Shown here: positions 22,381-35,436 of the stretch, in pieces
Position numbering within the stretch: position 1 is the first letter of the stretch
Layout: every line of letters begins with the position of its first letter
From: Tubulanus polymorphus
Taxonomy: Eukaryota > Animalia > Nemertea
NCBI RefSeq assembly: GCF_964204645.1
Contig: NC_134035.1
Coordinates: 310,001-374,000 of the forward strand
Length of the DNA: 64,000 bases
Reading direction: 5' to 3'
Position numbers and translations under genes: made by a program
Notes under the pieces: generated by a model
Databases searched by the model: none
What the model saw: only the letters and a program-made list of their open reading frames with translations
Told to the model about the DNA's origin: nothing

Positions 22381-25300
22381 TTAAAATGGTGACCAGTTAT
22401 CGGTACTCGGCGAAATCATAGGAAGCTCTCTCTCAAACGTGCACAGGGCGCGATGTACGAATTCATACTGTTCATTATTCTGTACCATTCCTCCCCTGAA
22501 ATAAATATAAATACGTGCGTTACTATCACACTAGCTGATTTAGGTTAATAAAAGTTCCCTCTATCCTAGAAATTTTAGAAAAGTGCCCTTTTTGCAAATA
22601 TTATAGTTAAATTCAATAGGACTAACTGCCCTTTTTCGGGTTTCTCCCCCCCCCCCCCCAAGTTCAAATGCTAGGTACAGCCCTAATTGATTTGGAATCA
22701 CTCTGTATCTAGTTGAATTCGATGAAATGTTTAAAACAGTTTTAATGTTAGCGAGTTCAGACAGCGAGTTTCCCGTATTATTGTAAGGTATAAAACTCAC
22801 CGATCTATTCTCATTTGACACACAATACCGAGTACATCGACCATCTGTTCCTCTTTAAGTTGTTTAACTCCGATACTAATAGCTATAAAACAACCAGTAC
22901 GTCCTATACCGGCGCTACAATGTACGACGACCGGACCTTTCGCTAATCGAGTCTCTAAACTATGACGCTCTATCTCGACATCGTGTACCATATCCAATAT
23001 CTGTTTGGGCGTGTCGGGCGTCTTGTGGTCGGGCCATGACGTAAACCAGTAATGCATAACTGTATGTTCCTCATTTAAGTACTACATGAATTAAGAAAAT
23101 AAAGGGATTTCATCGTAAATAGTGTAAGAGTATATTTAATGAGCTTTAGCTAGACATATAGTTCATATAGACTAATTACAAATATATCGTTCATTTATTC
23201 TTTCTCGGTTCAGAAGGAATTAGAATAGAAATAGAAGTGACTTCTTTTAGAGATTGGATCAACATCTATTGTCTTCATACCTGGGTATGATACCACAACT
23301 TGAAAGTAGTTACTTTCTCTTAATAGCTTAACTTCTCCAAAAAATAGCAAAAATACTCTCAAAATCTGAATATATAACCTGAATTTCATTTTCAATTAAA
23401 TCAGTATTCAATGTCAGATTACTCTCAATTTTGATGGAAACTTCTACAATTCAAGATATCAGGTACCTAGATCTGGAGTATGTGTGGCAACAGATAGTGG
23501 GTTGGGTGTGTTGAAATATTCAGTCATTAAAATGGACATTGCAATGGACATTTCAGGGATTCTAACATAGGGTAAGACTGAAATTAGTAGTTATACCTTT
23601 ACACTTAGCTGCCTAATCTCATAACCATCTTTTTGAGTGCTCGATGAAATTCGAACTTCTATATCTCCGAATTTCGATTGTTCACCCGGTTCTGGTAGAT
23701 AGTTTTCACATTTTTGCTGAAATTATAAGTAGATAATTGAACTCCGTGTTTAGATAGAGGCAGCCGGCCAATGTCTCTGAGATGCGAACGTACTTTATTT
23801 TTTTCCTGCAGTTTTGTGATCATCACGATACAAGGTACTTTCTCCTGCCAGATCAGTCTCCAGAAATCAATAACGGTGTGTGACATAGGACCTTGTGTAG
23901 CGATGTAAGCCTTATGTTCCCCTGCATAGCCCTAAAACAAATATAGACATCAATTAGCCTCACTAGGGTTTATATATATATACAAGGTGGCCACATGACT
24001 AATCCCTGACTATTGCCTGACATGCACATTGAGGCTGAATGATACTGCGGCAGTTGAGGCTGAATGATACTGCGGCAGTTGAGTATGGAATACTTTACCC
24101 TAATGAAGTTAGCGTTTATATATGTAGTCATTATATCACTGTCTATTTCTGCTAATTTCACTCTAGAATGCTCATCTAAAATAACACAAAATTCATACAA
24201 TCTCCAGCAACCAGTTCCAGTTGCTGCGAGTAGAAATTTGACTCTTAAACAAGATTAAGATAATTTGAGTTCTGCAGTAATTAGAAATGAAACTTACTAG
24301 GTAATATAGTTTTATATCTATTCTTCATACCAGAACCAGGTATTTCGACCCTATCCGGGTGATTCATCGGAATATCCTGAAATGTTCATGGAAATGGACT
24401 TAAATATCCTCATACAACGCCATCTACCGGGTAGAAACGACACTACCGATTACCTACCCAAAACTCGTCACATAAAGCCTTTACATTTTTTAGACATTTT
24501 CGTAGTTGTTTCCGCGACATTCTGTTACCAGCTGATAGTAAATATTCTCTGGAGGGACTGAAAATAACATCATTTACAAATATGTGAGTAAAATGATACC
24601 AGGTCGGGGGAGAGTGAGGAACTTACAAACCTTTCTTTAGGTGGAGATCCGTTCTTTATCGGTTCTACCATGGAAGTGAGGTCTATAGTTAATGAAGCAC
24701 TCGAACCACGACGACTACAACAAATATAAATATGCAATAAATCAGCGTGAGAGATTAAACAACAGACTGTACCCAAACTCAGTTGGGATGACTGTAAATA
24801 TTTCACTCATTTCACAACCAGGGTATGTGAAGGCTTCCTAAGATAATTTCTAATAAATTTCACGCTGACTCTGAAGTGGTTTTGTTCAGAGTTTACCGGT
24901 ACCGAGTTAGAATAAGTGTAGTGTATATAATTCATTTTCATCATTATGTCATCCAAGAATGTTGTACAATATAGGAATTCACATAGTTTTTATATACATA
25001 AGATGAGGGACACAGCGTACTTATACGTATTATTCATCGCATACCTTTCTAGAAGTCCTTTAGGTCGAATGCGTAGAGGTGTTTGTGCAGGTACGTTAGT
25101 TATACAGCTATGACTGATAAAATGAGGGTCCGATTCGGGCTGTACGTTTGTGACCTTGTAAATATCGGGTTTCGTCACGGGGTATAAACATATCGTCTGT
25201 TTCACCGGTGCAATTTCTTTCACTTTCTTTTTCTTGTGATATTTCACGCAGCAACAAATCTTTAATGAGTAAACATGAAAATTGTGCGATTGCCTCTGAC

Positions 25301-26401
25301 CTATAGTAGAAGTTCTGTGTTTGGGTGTGAGGCAGCGAGTGAATTACGGGGGAGTTGAAGCGATGCCGGATCATCGTTATGTGAAATGGAGTAGGAAAAT
25401 TTTTCTAAATATTTTGTCATGCAGATATCATGGAATAATCCCAGGTCATTGACTCGATCGCAAGCGCCGTCTACTGTCTAGTAGAAGAGTCAAGAGAATT
25501 GAGATCTAATAGAAATCTTATAGCAATCAGTGGCGTTGGAACCATAGCGACTGCAGCGGCCAAAACCGCGGCAATAATTTACCGAATGACATTTTTTTTT
25601 CTTTGAATACCACGTTTTTGAAGAAATTAAGTCAATTCACCGCGGCAATATTGAGAATCTGTCCAAAATCTGCATTTGGCCGCAGCAATAAAACATTGCT
25701 TCCAACGCGCCTGGCAATATTATAACAATGTGGTGGTTGTACGATACTGGGCCCAGTTTCAGGTGAGGGTTTAACTGAAATTTCAGTACTATTCCTTACT
25801 TTCGTTACCGTTTTCAGCTTGAAACTGAATTCACTGCTAATGAATAATACTCACAATTGCTAGAATAATGATGACACTGAGTAAAACGATTCCACCAATA
25901 ATATAAGGTATATACGGAGTCAGGAATCCTAACCGATATGTATGAACTGGTTCAACCTGTCAAATAAACATACATACATACATATTAATACAACAATTCT
26001 GTATAAAGATTATTTCATCGTTTAAGTCATCTACATTTCTTTATCTCTATTTGGGGCCGGTTGCTGGAAAGTTGGTTCAAGATAACCGATATGTACCGTA
26101 GTAACAATGAGCTTTTAATTGTCACTATGTCAACTATCAACAGATAAACTCAAAAAAACTTTTCAGCAACTTATGCGTAAGTCGGATAAAGTCTTCATCA
26201 TCATTGACTTAAGCTATATCCTAGTTTCACTACACTGATACAACCGATTCCCGCCAACAGCTGCCGCTCGGTACTAACCTTCTGACTGGATGTTTCTAGA
26301 TTAATTTCATTATTTCTAAGAAACGCGGCTGGTCGTCGTACAGCACTGATGAGATCAACTGTCTCTTTATCATTATTAGTATAATGATGATCTATATACA
26401 T
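22381..26401 (-). CDS. PTPRR: KIM-containing transmembrane protein tyrosine phosphatase (PTPRR/PTPN5/PTPN7 group), ~477 aa. Exons in transcript order: 26401-26279, 25956-25855, 25259-25045, 24714-24631, 24557-24458, 24376-24298, 24175-24099, 23931-23794, 23716-23597, 23081-22801, 22495-22381
   Basis: Exons sum to 1434 nt in frame. TM helix [25 protein letters not shown] followed by KYHKKKK; KIM-like [17 protein letters not shown]; [77 protein letters not shown]. The start codon is uncertain. Confidence 0.93.
25528..25713. mobile_element. Short TIR element with a 5-bp target-site duplication (GCAAT)
   Basis: CAGTGGCGTTGGAA...TTCCAACGCGCCTG; GCAAT at 25523-25527 and at 25714-25718. Confidence 0.65.
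26053..26171. mobile_element. Palindromic MITE (same family as 1198-1328)
   Basis: GGGCCGGTTGCTGGAAAGTTGGTT...ACTTTTCAGCAACT with the shared internal sequence gtaacaatga..ttttaattgtcactatgtcaactatc. Confidence 0.68.
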
Positions 26402-27220
26402 CTCCGTACAGTGTGCTAGAGACTCCTCTTAACACCTGAAATAATACATCATTAAATCAATCGACAACAAACACAATATCCGATGAATAATCAAGAGGAA
26501 TCACGCAATAATTCAGCAAAAATATGAACAGTTCATGAAAAGAAATGTATATAGGCCTATATATATATATATGAGGGATGTTTCGGCTAAATACTATTAG
26601 CCATCATCAGCCATCATCAGTACGCCTGATGATCACTTATAATTATAAGCTGAAATCTCCCTCAAATACATACATTTCTATTCAGGAACTGTTCTTGCTT
26701 TGGTTGAATTATTGTGGGATTACTCTTGGTTATACACCATTGATTACCGCTACACAACCAGGGCAGTCATTTTTATTTCATCGGGGAACTGTTTGACACA
26801 TCATCTAACTATCTCATCTAACTATCTATACAGTGTTATAGTTATAAGTCTATTTCATTTAATTGTAACAATTTTCTTAAATCAAACACAAGCGGAACTT
26901 AATCATTTTGCTTTTTTCATACAAAACCCCCTAAACCATCCGTGCTACTGGCCTGATCTCGTGTTAGTTAGTACTGCATTTTCAAATCAAAATGTGTCAT
27001 TTGATAGAGGGGTATAGACAGAGGCTGCGTATTGAAGTATCATTACTCTACCTGTTTCACTACATGGTGTTTTGTAACATTTTCACTTCGTCAATCGTAT
27101 CATATAATAATAGTTTCTAGATTCTTACAACATCCATTGCTCCTAATCCTAAATACAACTTCTGCAGAACCCAATCTGGAAATACAGAAATTGAGACTAT
27201 TTCAGATATAATGCTGTGGT

Positions 27221-27770
27221 GAAACTGAGGAGGTTAGATGAGGAGACAGTGGTTCCTCGAAGGAGGAGGTCACATAGTGGAAACTGAGGAGGTTAGATGA
27301 GGAGACAGTGGTTCCTCGAAGGAGGAGGTCACATAGTGGAAACTGAGGAGGTTAGATGAGGAGACAGTGGTTCCTTGAAGGAGGAGGTCACATAGTGGAA
27401 ACTGAGGAGGTTAGATGAGGAGACAGTGGTTCCTCGAAGGAGGAGGTCACATAGTGGAAACTGAGGAGGTTAGATGAGGAGACAGTGGTTCCTCGAAGGA
27501 GGAGGTCACATAGTGGAAACTGAGGAGGTTAGATGAGGAGACAGTGGTTCCTCGAAGGAGGAGGTCACATAGTGGAAACTGAGGAGGTTAGATGAGGAGA
27601 CAGTGGTATCTTGAAGGAGGAGGTCACATAGTGGAAACTGAGGAGGTTAGATGAGGAGACAGTGGTTCCTCGAAGGAGGAGGTCACATAGTGGAAACTGA
27701 GGAGGTTAGATGAGGAGACAGTGGTTCCTCGAAGGAGGAGGTCACATAGTGGAAACTGAGGAAGCTTAGA
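27221..27770. repeat. 59-bp minisatellite, ~9.3 near-identical copies
   Basis: Unit gaaactgaggaggttagatgaggagacagtggttcctcgaaggaggaggtcacatagtg; the one-base shift per 60-nt line confirms a period of 59. Confidence 0.95.
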
Positions 27771-29071
27771 CAATGTCATTATCAGCCAATCAGAACTCCT
27801 GTTTTATTTTAACGCAGGATTTTCCATTATAGTTTATCTGTGAAATTTGCCTCACCGATTGTAGGCCTACAACAGGCAATCTGATTGGTGCGGCAAATCT
27901 GCGCACCCGGCCTAGTGTGAGTCTTACTGTGGCTACTGAGTCTAGCGATGCCATCAGGTTCAAATCCTTGCCGAGGGAGGATGGTAGTGGAGTAGAGATT
28001 TATTAGAGAATCTCAGATCTAGGCCTAGAATAGAATCTACACTAGTTATAGAAGCCTTAGTGTAGAGGGGTTGTACTGTGGGGCGAATCTATAAGCCCAA
28101 CGCACGCGACATAGGTAACAAAAACATTTTTTCAAGCATTACTCTATGTGTTTATAAGTAAATTTGTTTTAGGAAACAATGTCATGATGTTTCTGAGATC
28201 AAATGAGAGACGAAAACCTGTTTGATTCCGTTTCTTTATGTTTCCGTGTTTCCATATCGCGTGTATTGGGCTTTAAAAACTTGTAGGAGGAATGACAGGA
28301 TGAGGGAAACGCAGGGAGCATTCAAACTATTTACAAAAACAACAAATAAAAAAACAAACACATTGCACTGTCACCGAATCCAAATCAATCAATCAACACT
28401 TCTGATTGACTGTCAATCAATTATTCAAATACACCCAGCAAGCATCGACCTAATCAGCTATATTTCTAATTGTAATAATCACCTATAAAACATGTGTAAT
28501 ATTCATAATCGTGTTTTGTTATGAACTATTTTCAGTAAAGCCCATCCTTTCATCAGTCAATCTATTATTGTGCTGTATTTCTGTAGAATTAGCAGCGCAC
28601 GACGTAATTAGACTTAAAAGTGAAATCAGATACTGAACCGACAGAGCGTAACGAACGACTCGCGTGCCGCTTGTCAAAAGCCAGAATGATTTACTGAAAC
28701 GACAAAGCGTAACCGACTGGTTTAACGTGCACTTGGTGAGCTTCCTGGTCGTCCCACTTCGGTGCACATAAATTCACTCCTTTGAGGCAGTCATGAAGTT
28801 CAATTTCAGCTTTTAAAGCTCAAAGGAAAATAACTAAAAGTTTTAGTTATTTCAAAAATGTTTAGCCGGTAAGAACAAGGTCAATATGACGGACACAAGC
28901 AAGATTTGGGTGCAGGTAGGTGGCCGTAGGATTTTCAACGCCAATGCGTAAATCAAAATTATCGCTTAAAATACTGAGCTCTATTAAAAAGCTGCTCAAA
29001 GATTCTACGTTTGTTGAACGCTTTTTTATTACTCGCATGCCGCAGAAAGTGTCATATCAACCTCTACCGTC

Positions 29072-32000
29072 AAGTGCTGCCAAATAGCAGTGTCAGTGAA
29101 AATGTGTGGACTCCAGTTACTTATCAGAAATTATTGAAACATGAAACATGAAGCTAGGTCAATAAGCAATTTCTTTTTATGAATGACTTTAAGAAAACTG
29201 GAAAAAGAGAAACATCTGTACCGGTATCGTACCGGTACATTTTTTTTGCCATTATGAGAATGCCGGTTTGCTAGCGTATCTCTTTAACTCCCGTATTGCT
29301 CGGGTTAGTTTTACTACCAACGGGTGGCGCTGTATGTAAATTTCACATAAATCAACGACTTTCGGCTATCAGCGGTACTTAAGACCACTTGAAAACATCA
29401 TAGTCAATTACGGTAGTAGTGAAAATAAAAAGATACAGTACAAAGATACAGTACGGTGTACAGTTAAGGACATGATTCCATAGCACCCATACTAGAGACA
29501 TTTTATTCAGACAAGGACTATTAGTTAAACATAATCTTCATCACTTTTTCAGCAATTAATGATCTGTTGAATTAATTAGTAATTCGGTCTTTCGGTGGTT
29601 CGAGATAAAATGTCCGCAAAATAAGAACCTAACGAACCAGGGCTGACCACAAATTGCCCAACATAAATTTTCGAAACGACACAATCCAATCATGTTTGGT
29701 ATCAAATGTGGCTCGGACCATGGTCTATTAACTGACCACTGCATGACCAGTACCATATATAGTAAATTATTTGTTTTGCAAACAATCAAGTTGTTTGGTG
29801 TCAAATAACTAGAAATGATGTGGGCATTAATCTAAAAATTGTTTAACTGACCAATACTTGACCAGTACTGACCAGTTATCAGTGCTAACCATAACCCCCC
29901 ATAAGTAATTTATATGTTTAGTAAAGCCATAAAATCGTGTTTGGGCGTCGAGCGACTAAATATGGCGCGGGCTATGATCTAACAACTATTTAACTGACCA
30001 ATTTTTTTACCAATACTGACCTTTAAGTAATTTGTCTATTTTAGAAGCAACACAGTCGTGTTTGGTATCTAATAATTAGATATTGTGTGGGCTTTCATCT
30101 AACAACACTATTCCAACTGACCAAATCTTGACCAATACTGAACACATAGCTATATTTATCTGTTTCAGAAACAACTTAGTCGTATCTGGTATCAAATGAT
30201 TTCATTTGGCCTGAACGTAAATATAACAGCTCTTCTAGATGCATAAGCTACACAAGTACTCTCTAATTACCGGTTAAATGTTTTTAGAAATGACACGGGG
30301 TTTTGCCTGAACCCTTCGTTAGAACTACTAGCTCTTATATTTAAATTTGTCGCTTGAAAAGTCTTGTCAGATTTTTATAGTAGGTAGCGAGCTAACTTTG
30401 GAATTTCCTACTAAAGTCTATCCCAGTGGTTATGATCGCGGTGCATCAAACAGTTCATATCATCGCAGATCTGGAACCCTGTGGTTTCTATGTGCTCAAC
30501 CCTGCAAGTAACTGAGGTCAGGCAACTGCTACATTCAAGAGTGAATAACACTAAAGTTTTCCCATCCTGGTCATTCACTTCTCTTTATTCCTCTAGATTT
30601 GGTTTTTTCTTGTATATTCTCAAAAGTGCTGCCAAATAGCAGTGAAAACGTGTGGACTCCAGTCAGGTCCAGGCTTCTACTTATCAGAAATTATTGAAAC
30701 ATGAAACATGAAGCTAGGTCAATAAGCAATTTCTTTTTATGAATGACTTTAAGAAAACTGGAAAAAGAGAAACATCTGTACCGGTATCGTACCGGTACAT
30801 TTTTTTGCCATTATGAGAATGCCGGTTTGCTAGCGTATCTCTTTAACACCCGTATTGCTCGGGTTAGTTTTACTACCAACGGGTGGCGCTGTATGTAAAT
30901 TTCACATAAATCAACGACTTTCGGCTATTAGCGGTACTTAAGACCACTTGAAAACATCATAGTCAATTACGGTAGTAGTGAAAATAAAAAGGTACAGTAC
31001 AAAGATACAGTACGGTGTACAGTTAAGGACATGATTCCATAGCACCCATACTAGAGACATTTTATTCAGACAAGGACTATTAGTTAAACATAATCTTCAT
31101 CACTTTTTCAGCAATTAATGATCTGTTGAATTAATTAGTAATTCAGTCTTTCGGTGGTTCGAGATAAAATGCCCGCAAAATAAGAACCTAACGAACCAGG
31201 ACTGACCACAAATTGCCCAACATAAATTTTCGAAACGACACAATCCAATCATGTTTGGTATCAAATGTGGCTCGGACCATGGTCTATTAACTGACCACTG
31301 CATGACCAGTACCATATATAGTAAATTATTTGTTTTGCAAACAATCAAGTTGTTTGGTGTCAAATAACTAGAAATGATGTGGGCATTAATCTAAAAATTG
31401 TTTAACTGACCAATACTTGACCAGTACTGACCAGTTATCAGTGCTAACCATAACCCCCCATAAGTAATTTATATGTTTAGTAAAGCCATAAAATCGTGTT
31501 TGGGCGTCGAGCGACTAAATATGGCGCGGGCTATGATCTAACAACTATTTAACTGACCAATTTTTTTACCAATACTGACCTTTAAGTAATTTGTCTATTT
31601 TAGAAGCAACACAGTCGTGTTTGGTATCTAATAATTAGATATTGTGTGGGCTTTCATCTAACAACACTATTCCAACTGACCAAATCTTGACCAATACTGA
31701 ACACATAGCTATATTTATCTGTTTCAGAAACAACTTAGTCGTATCTGGTATCAAATGATTTCATTTGGCCTGAACGTAAATATAACATCTCTTCTAGATG
31801 TATAAGCTACACAAGTACTCTCTAATTACCGGTTAAATGTTTTTAGAAATGACACGGGGTTTTGCCTGAACCCTTCGTTAGAACTACTAGCTCTTATATT
31901 TAAATTTGTCGCTTGAAAAGTCTTGTCAGATTTTTATAGTAGGTAGCGAGCTAACTTTGGAATTTCCTACTAAAGTCTATCCCAGTGGTTATGATCGCGG

Positions 32001-35000
32001 TGCATCAAACAGTTCATATCATCGCAGATCTGGAACCCTGTGGTTTCTATGTGCTCAACCCTGCAAGTAACTGAGGTCAGGCAACTACTACATTCAAGAG
32101 TGAATAACACTAAAGTTTTCCCATCCTGGTCATTCACTTCTCTTTATTCCTCTAGATTTGGTTTTTTCTTGTATATTCTCAAAAGTGCTGCCAAATAGCA
32201 GTGAAAACGTGTGGACTCCAGTCAGGTCCAGGCTTCTACTTATCAGAAATTATTGAAACATGAAACATGAAGCTAGGTCAATAAGCAATTTCTTTTTATG
32301 AATGACTTTAAGAAAACTGGAAAAAGAGAAACATCTGTACCGGTATCGTACCGGTACATTTTTTTGCCATTATGAGAATGCCGGTTTGCTAGCGTATCTC
32401 TTTAACACCCGTATTGCTCGGGTTAGTTTTACTACCAACGGGTGGCGCTGTATGTAAATTTCACATAAATCAACGACTTTCGGCTATTAGCGGTACTTAA
32501 GACCACTTGAAAACATCATAGTCAATTACGGTAGTAGTGAAAATAAAAAGGTACAGTACAAAGATACAGTACGGTGTACAGTTAAGGACATGATTCCATA
32601 GCACCCATACTAGAGACATTTTATTCAGACAAGGACTATTAGTTAAACATAATCTTCATCACTTTTTCAGCAATTAATGATCTGTTGAATTAATTAGTAA
32701 TTCAGTCTTTCGGTGGTTCGAGATAAAATGCCCGCAAAATAAGAACCTAACGAACCAGGACTGACCACAAATTGCCCAACATAAATTTTCGAAACGACAC
32801 AATCCAATCATGTTTGGTATCAAATGTGGCTCGGACCATGGTCTATTAACTGACCACTGCATGACCAGTACCATATATAGTAAATTATTTGTTTTGCAAA
32901 CAATCAAGTTGTTTGGTGTCAAATAACTAGAAATGATGTGGGCATTAATCTAAAAATTGTTTAACTGACCAATACTTGACCAGTACTGACCAGTTATCAG
33001 TGCTAACCATAACCCCCCATAAGTAATTTATATGTTTAGTAAAGCCATAAAATCGTGTTTGGGCGTCGAGCGACTAAATATGGCGCGGGCTATGATCTAA
33101 CAACTATTTAACTGACCAATTTTTTTACCAATACTGACCTTTAAGTAATTTGTCTATTTTAGAAGCAACACAGTCGTGTTTGGTATCTAATAATTAGATA
33201 TTGTGTGGGCTTTCATCTAACAACACTATTCCAACTGACCAAATCTTGACCAATACTGAACACATAGCTATATTTATCTGTTTCAGAAACAACTTAGTCG
33301 TATCTGGTATCAAATGATTTCATTTGGCCTGAACGTAAATATAACATCTCTTCTAGATGTATAAGCTACACAAGTACTCTCTAATTACCGGTTAAATGTT
33401 TTTAGAAATGACACGGGGTTTTGCCTGAACCCTTCGTTAGAACTACTAGCTCTTATATTTAAATTTGTCGCTTGAAAAGTCTTGTCAGATTTTTATAGTA
33501 GGTAGCGAGCTAACTTTGGAATTTCCTACTAAAGTCTATCCCAGTGGTTATGATCGCGGTGCATCAAACAGTTCATATCATCGCAGATCTGGAACCCTGT
33601 GGTTTCTATGTGCTCAACCCTGCAAGTAACTGAGGTCAGGCAACTACTACATTCAAGAGTGAATAACACTAAAGTTTTCCCATCCTGGTCATTCACTTCT
33701 CTTTATTCCTCTAGATTTGGTTTTTTCTTGTATATTCTCAAAAGTGCTGCCAAATAGCAGTGAAAACGTGTGGACTCCAGTCAGGTCCAGGCTTCTACTT
33801 ATCAGAAATTATTGAAACATGAAACATGAAGCTAGGTCAATAAGCAATTTCTTTTTATGAATGACTTTAAGAAAACTGGAAAAAGAGAAACATCTGTACC
33901 GGTATCGTACCGGTACATTTTTTTGCCATTATGAGAATGCCGGTTTGCTAGCGTATCTCTTTAACACCCGTATTGCTCGGGTTAGTTTTACTACCAACGG
34001 GTGGCGCTGTATGTAAATTTCACATAAATCAACGACTTTCGGCTATTAGCGGTACTTAAGACCACTTGAAAACATCATAGTCAATTACGGTAGTAGTGAA
34101 AATAAAAAGGTACAGTACAAAGATACAGTACGGTGTACAGTTAAGGACATGATTCCATAGCACCCATACTAGAGACATTTTATTCAGACAAGGACTATTA
34201 GTTAAACATAATCTTCATCACTTTTTCAGCAATTAATGATCTGTTGAATTAATTAGTAATTCAGTCTTTCGGTGGTTCGAGATAAAATGCCCGCAAAATA
34301 AGAACCTAACGAACCAGGACTGACCACAAATTGCCCAACATAAATTTTCGAAACGACACAATCCAATCATGTTTGGTATCAAATGTGGCTCGGACCATGG
34401 TCTATTAACTGACCACTGCATGACCAGTACCATATATAGTAAATTATTTGTTTTGCAAACAATCAAGTTGTTTGGTGTCAAATAACTAGAAATGATGTGG
34501 GCATTAATCTAAAAATTGTTTAACTGACCAATACTTGACCAGTACTGACCAGTTATCAGTGCTAACCATAACCCCCCATAAGTAATTTATATGTTTAGTA
34601 AAGCCATAAAATCGTGTTTGGGCGTCGAGCGACTAAATATGGCGCGGGCTATGATCTCACAACTATTTAACTGACCTATTTTTTACCAATACTGACTAAT
34701 ACTTTAAGTAATTTGTCTATTTTAGAAGCAACGCAGTCGTGTTTGGTGTCTAATAATTAGATATTGTGTGGGCTTTCATCTAACAACACTATTCCAACTG
34801 ACCAAATCTTGACCAATACTGACCACATAGCTATATTTATCTGTTTCAGAAACAACTTAGTCGTGTCTGGTATCAAATGATTTCATTTGGCCTGAACGTA
34901 AATATAACATCTCTTTTACATGTAAGCTACACAAGTTCTCTCTAATTACCGGTTAAATGTTTTTAGAAATGACACGGGGTTTTGCCTGAACCCTTCGTTA

Positions 35001-35094
35001 GTACTACTAGCTCTTATATTTAAATTTGTCGCTTGAAAAGTCTTGTCAGATTTTTATAGTAGGTAGCGAGCTAACTTTGGAATTTCCTACTAAA
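29072..35094. repeat. 1559-bp tandem array, ~3.9 units
   Basis: Identical landmarks recur at a 1559-bp period (e.g. the spurious ORF at 29556, 31115, 32674, 34233). The unit contains ~100-145-bp subrepeats (tgtttggt..aactgacca). Confidence 0.96.
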
Positions 35095-35388
35095 TGCAAA
35101 ATATTTATCTCGTGGGGTTTTGAACGAACTATGTTGCGCTTTGTAACGTGCGCATTTGAGCCTGTAACGTGCACATTTCACTCGCGTGAACGTGCGTATC
35201 GGTACCATTATGCGAGACTTGTTCAAACTGAACATTAAAGAAGATATTATATCATATCATATATATGAATATAGAAGGAATGATAATGTAGTAGTTTCGT
35301 AGCTGCTGTCCACTGACCACAGATCAAAGTTAATCGCCTGATATGAAGTATATATTGTTATAGGGATGTAGTAGTTCAGCGAGAATTC

Positions 35389-35436
35389 AAACTTATGGGT
35401 AATTCTGAGTGATCACTCAAAATTACCCATAAGTTT
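35389..35436. repeat. 48-bp loopless palindrome (1 mismatch)
   Basis: aaacttatgggtaattctgagtga|tcactcaaaattacccataagttt. Confidence 0.85.

Noticed and set aside
27221-27770. Regular repeat arrays here and at 44971-45610 and 57596-62289 considered as CRISPR-like
   Set aside because: Units are head-to-tail with no unique spacers, there are no cas genes, and the context is eukaryotic: these are minisatellites.
28519-28767. ORF with a hydrophobic stretch as the phosphatase signal-peptide exon
   Set aside because: GTG start preceded by an in-frame stop, no upstream Met, and no donor before its stop codon; more likely promoter or 5'UTR.
29556-34481. Four copies of an 82-aa ORF
   Set aside because: TTG start, no recognisable domain or splice context; simply a by-product of the 1559-bp repeat.
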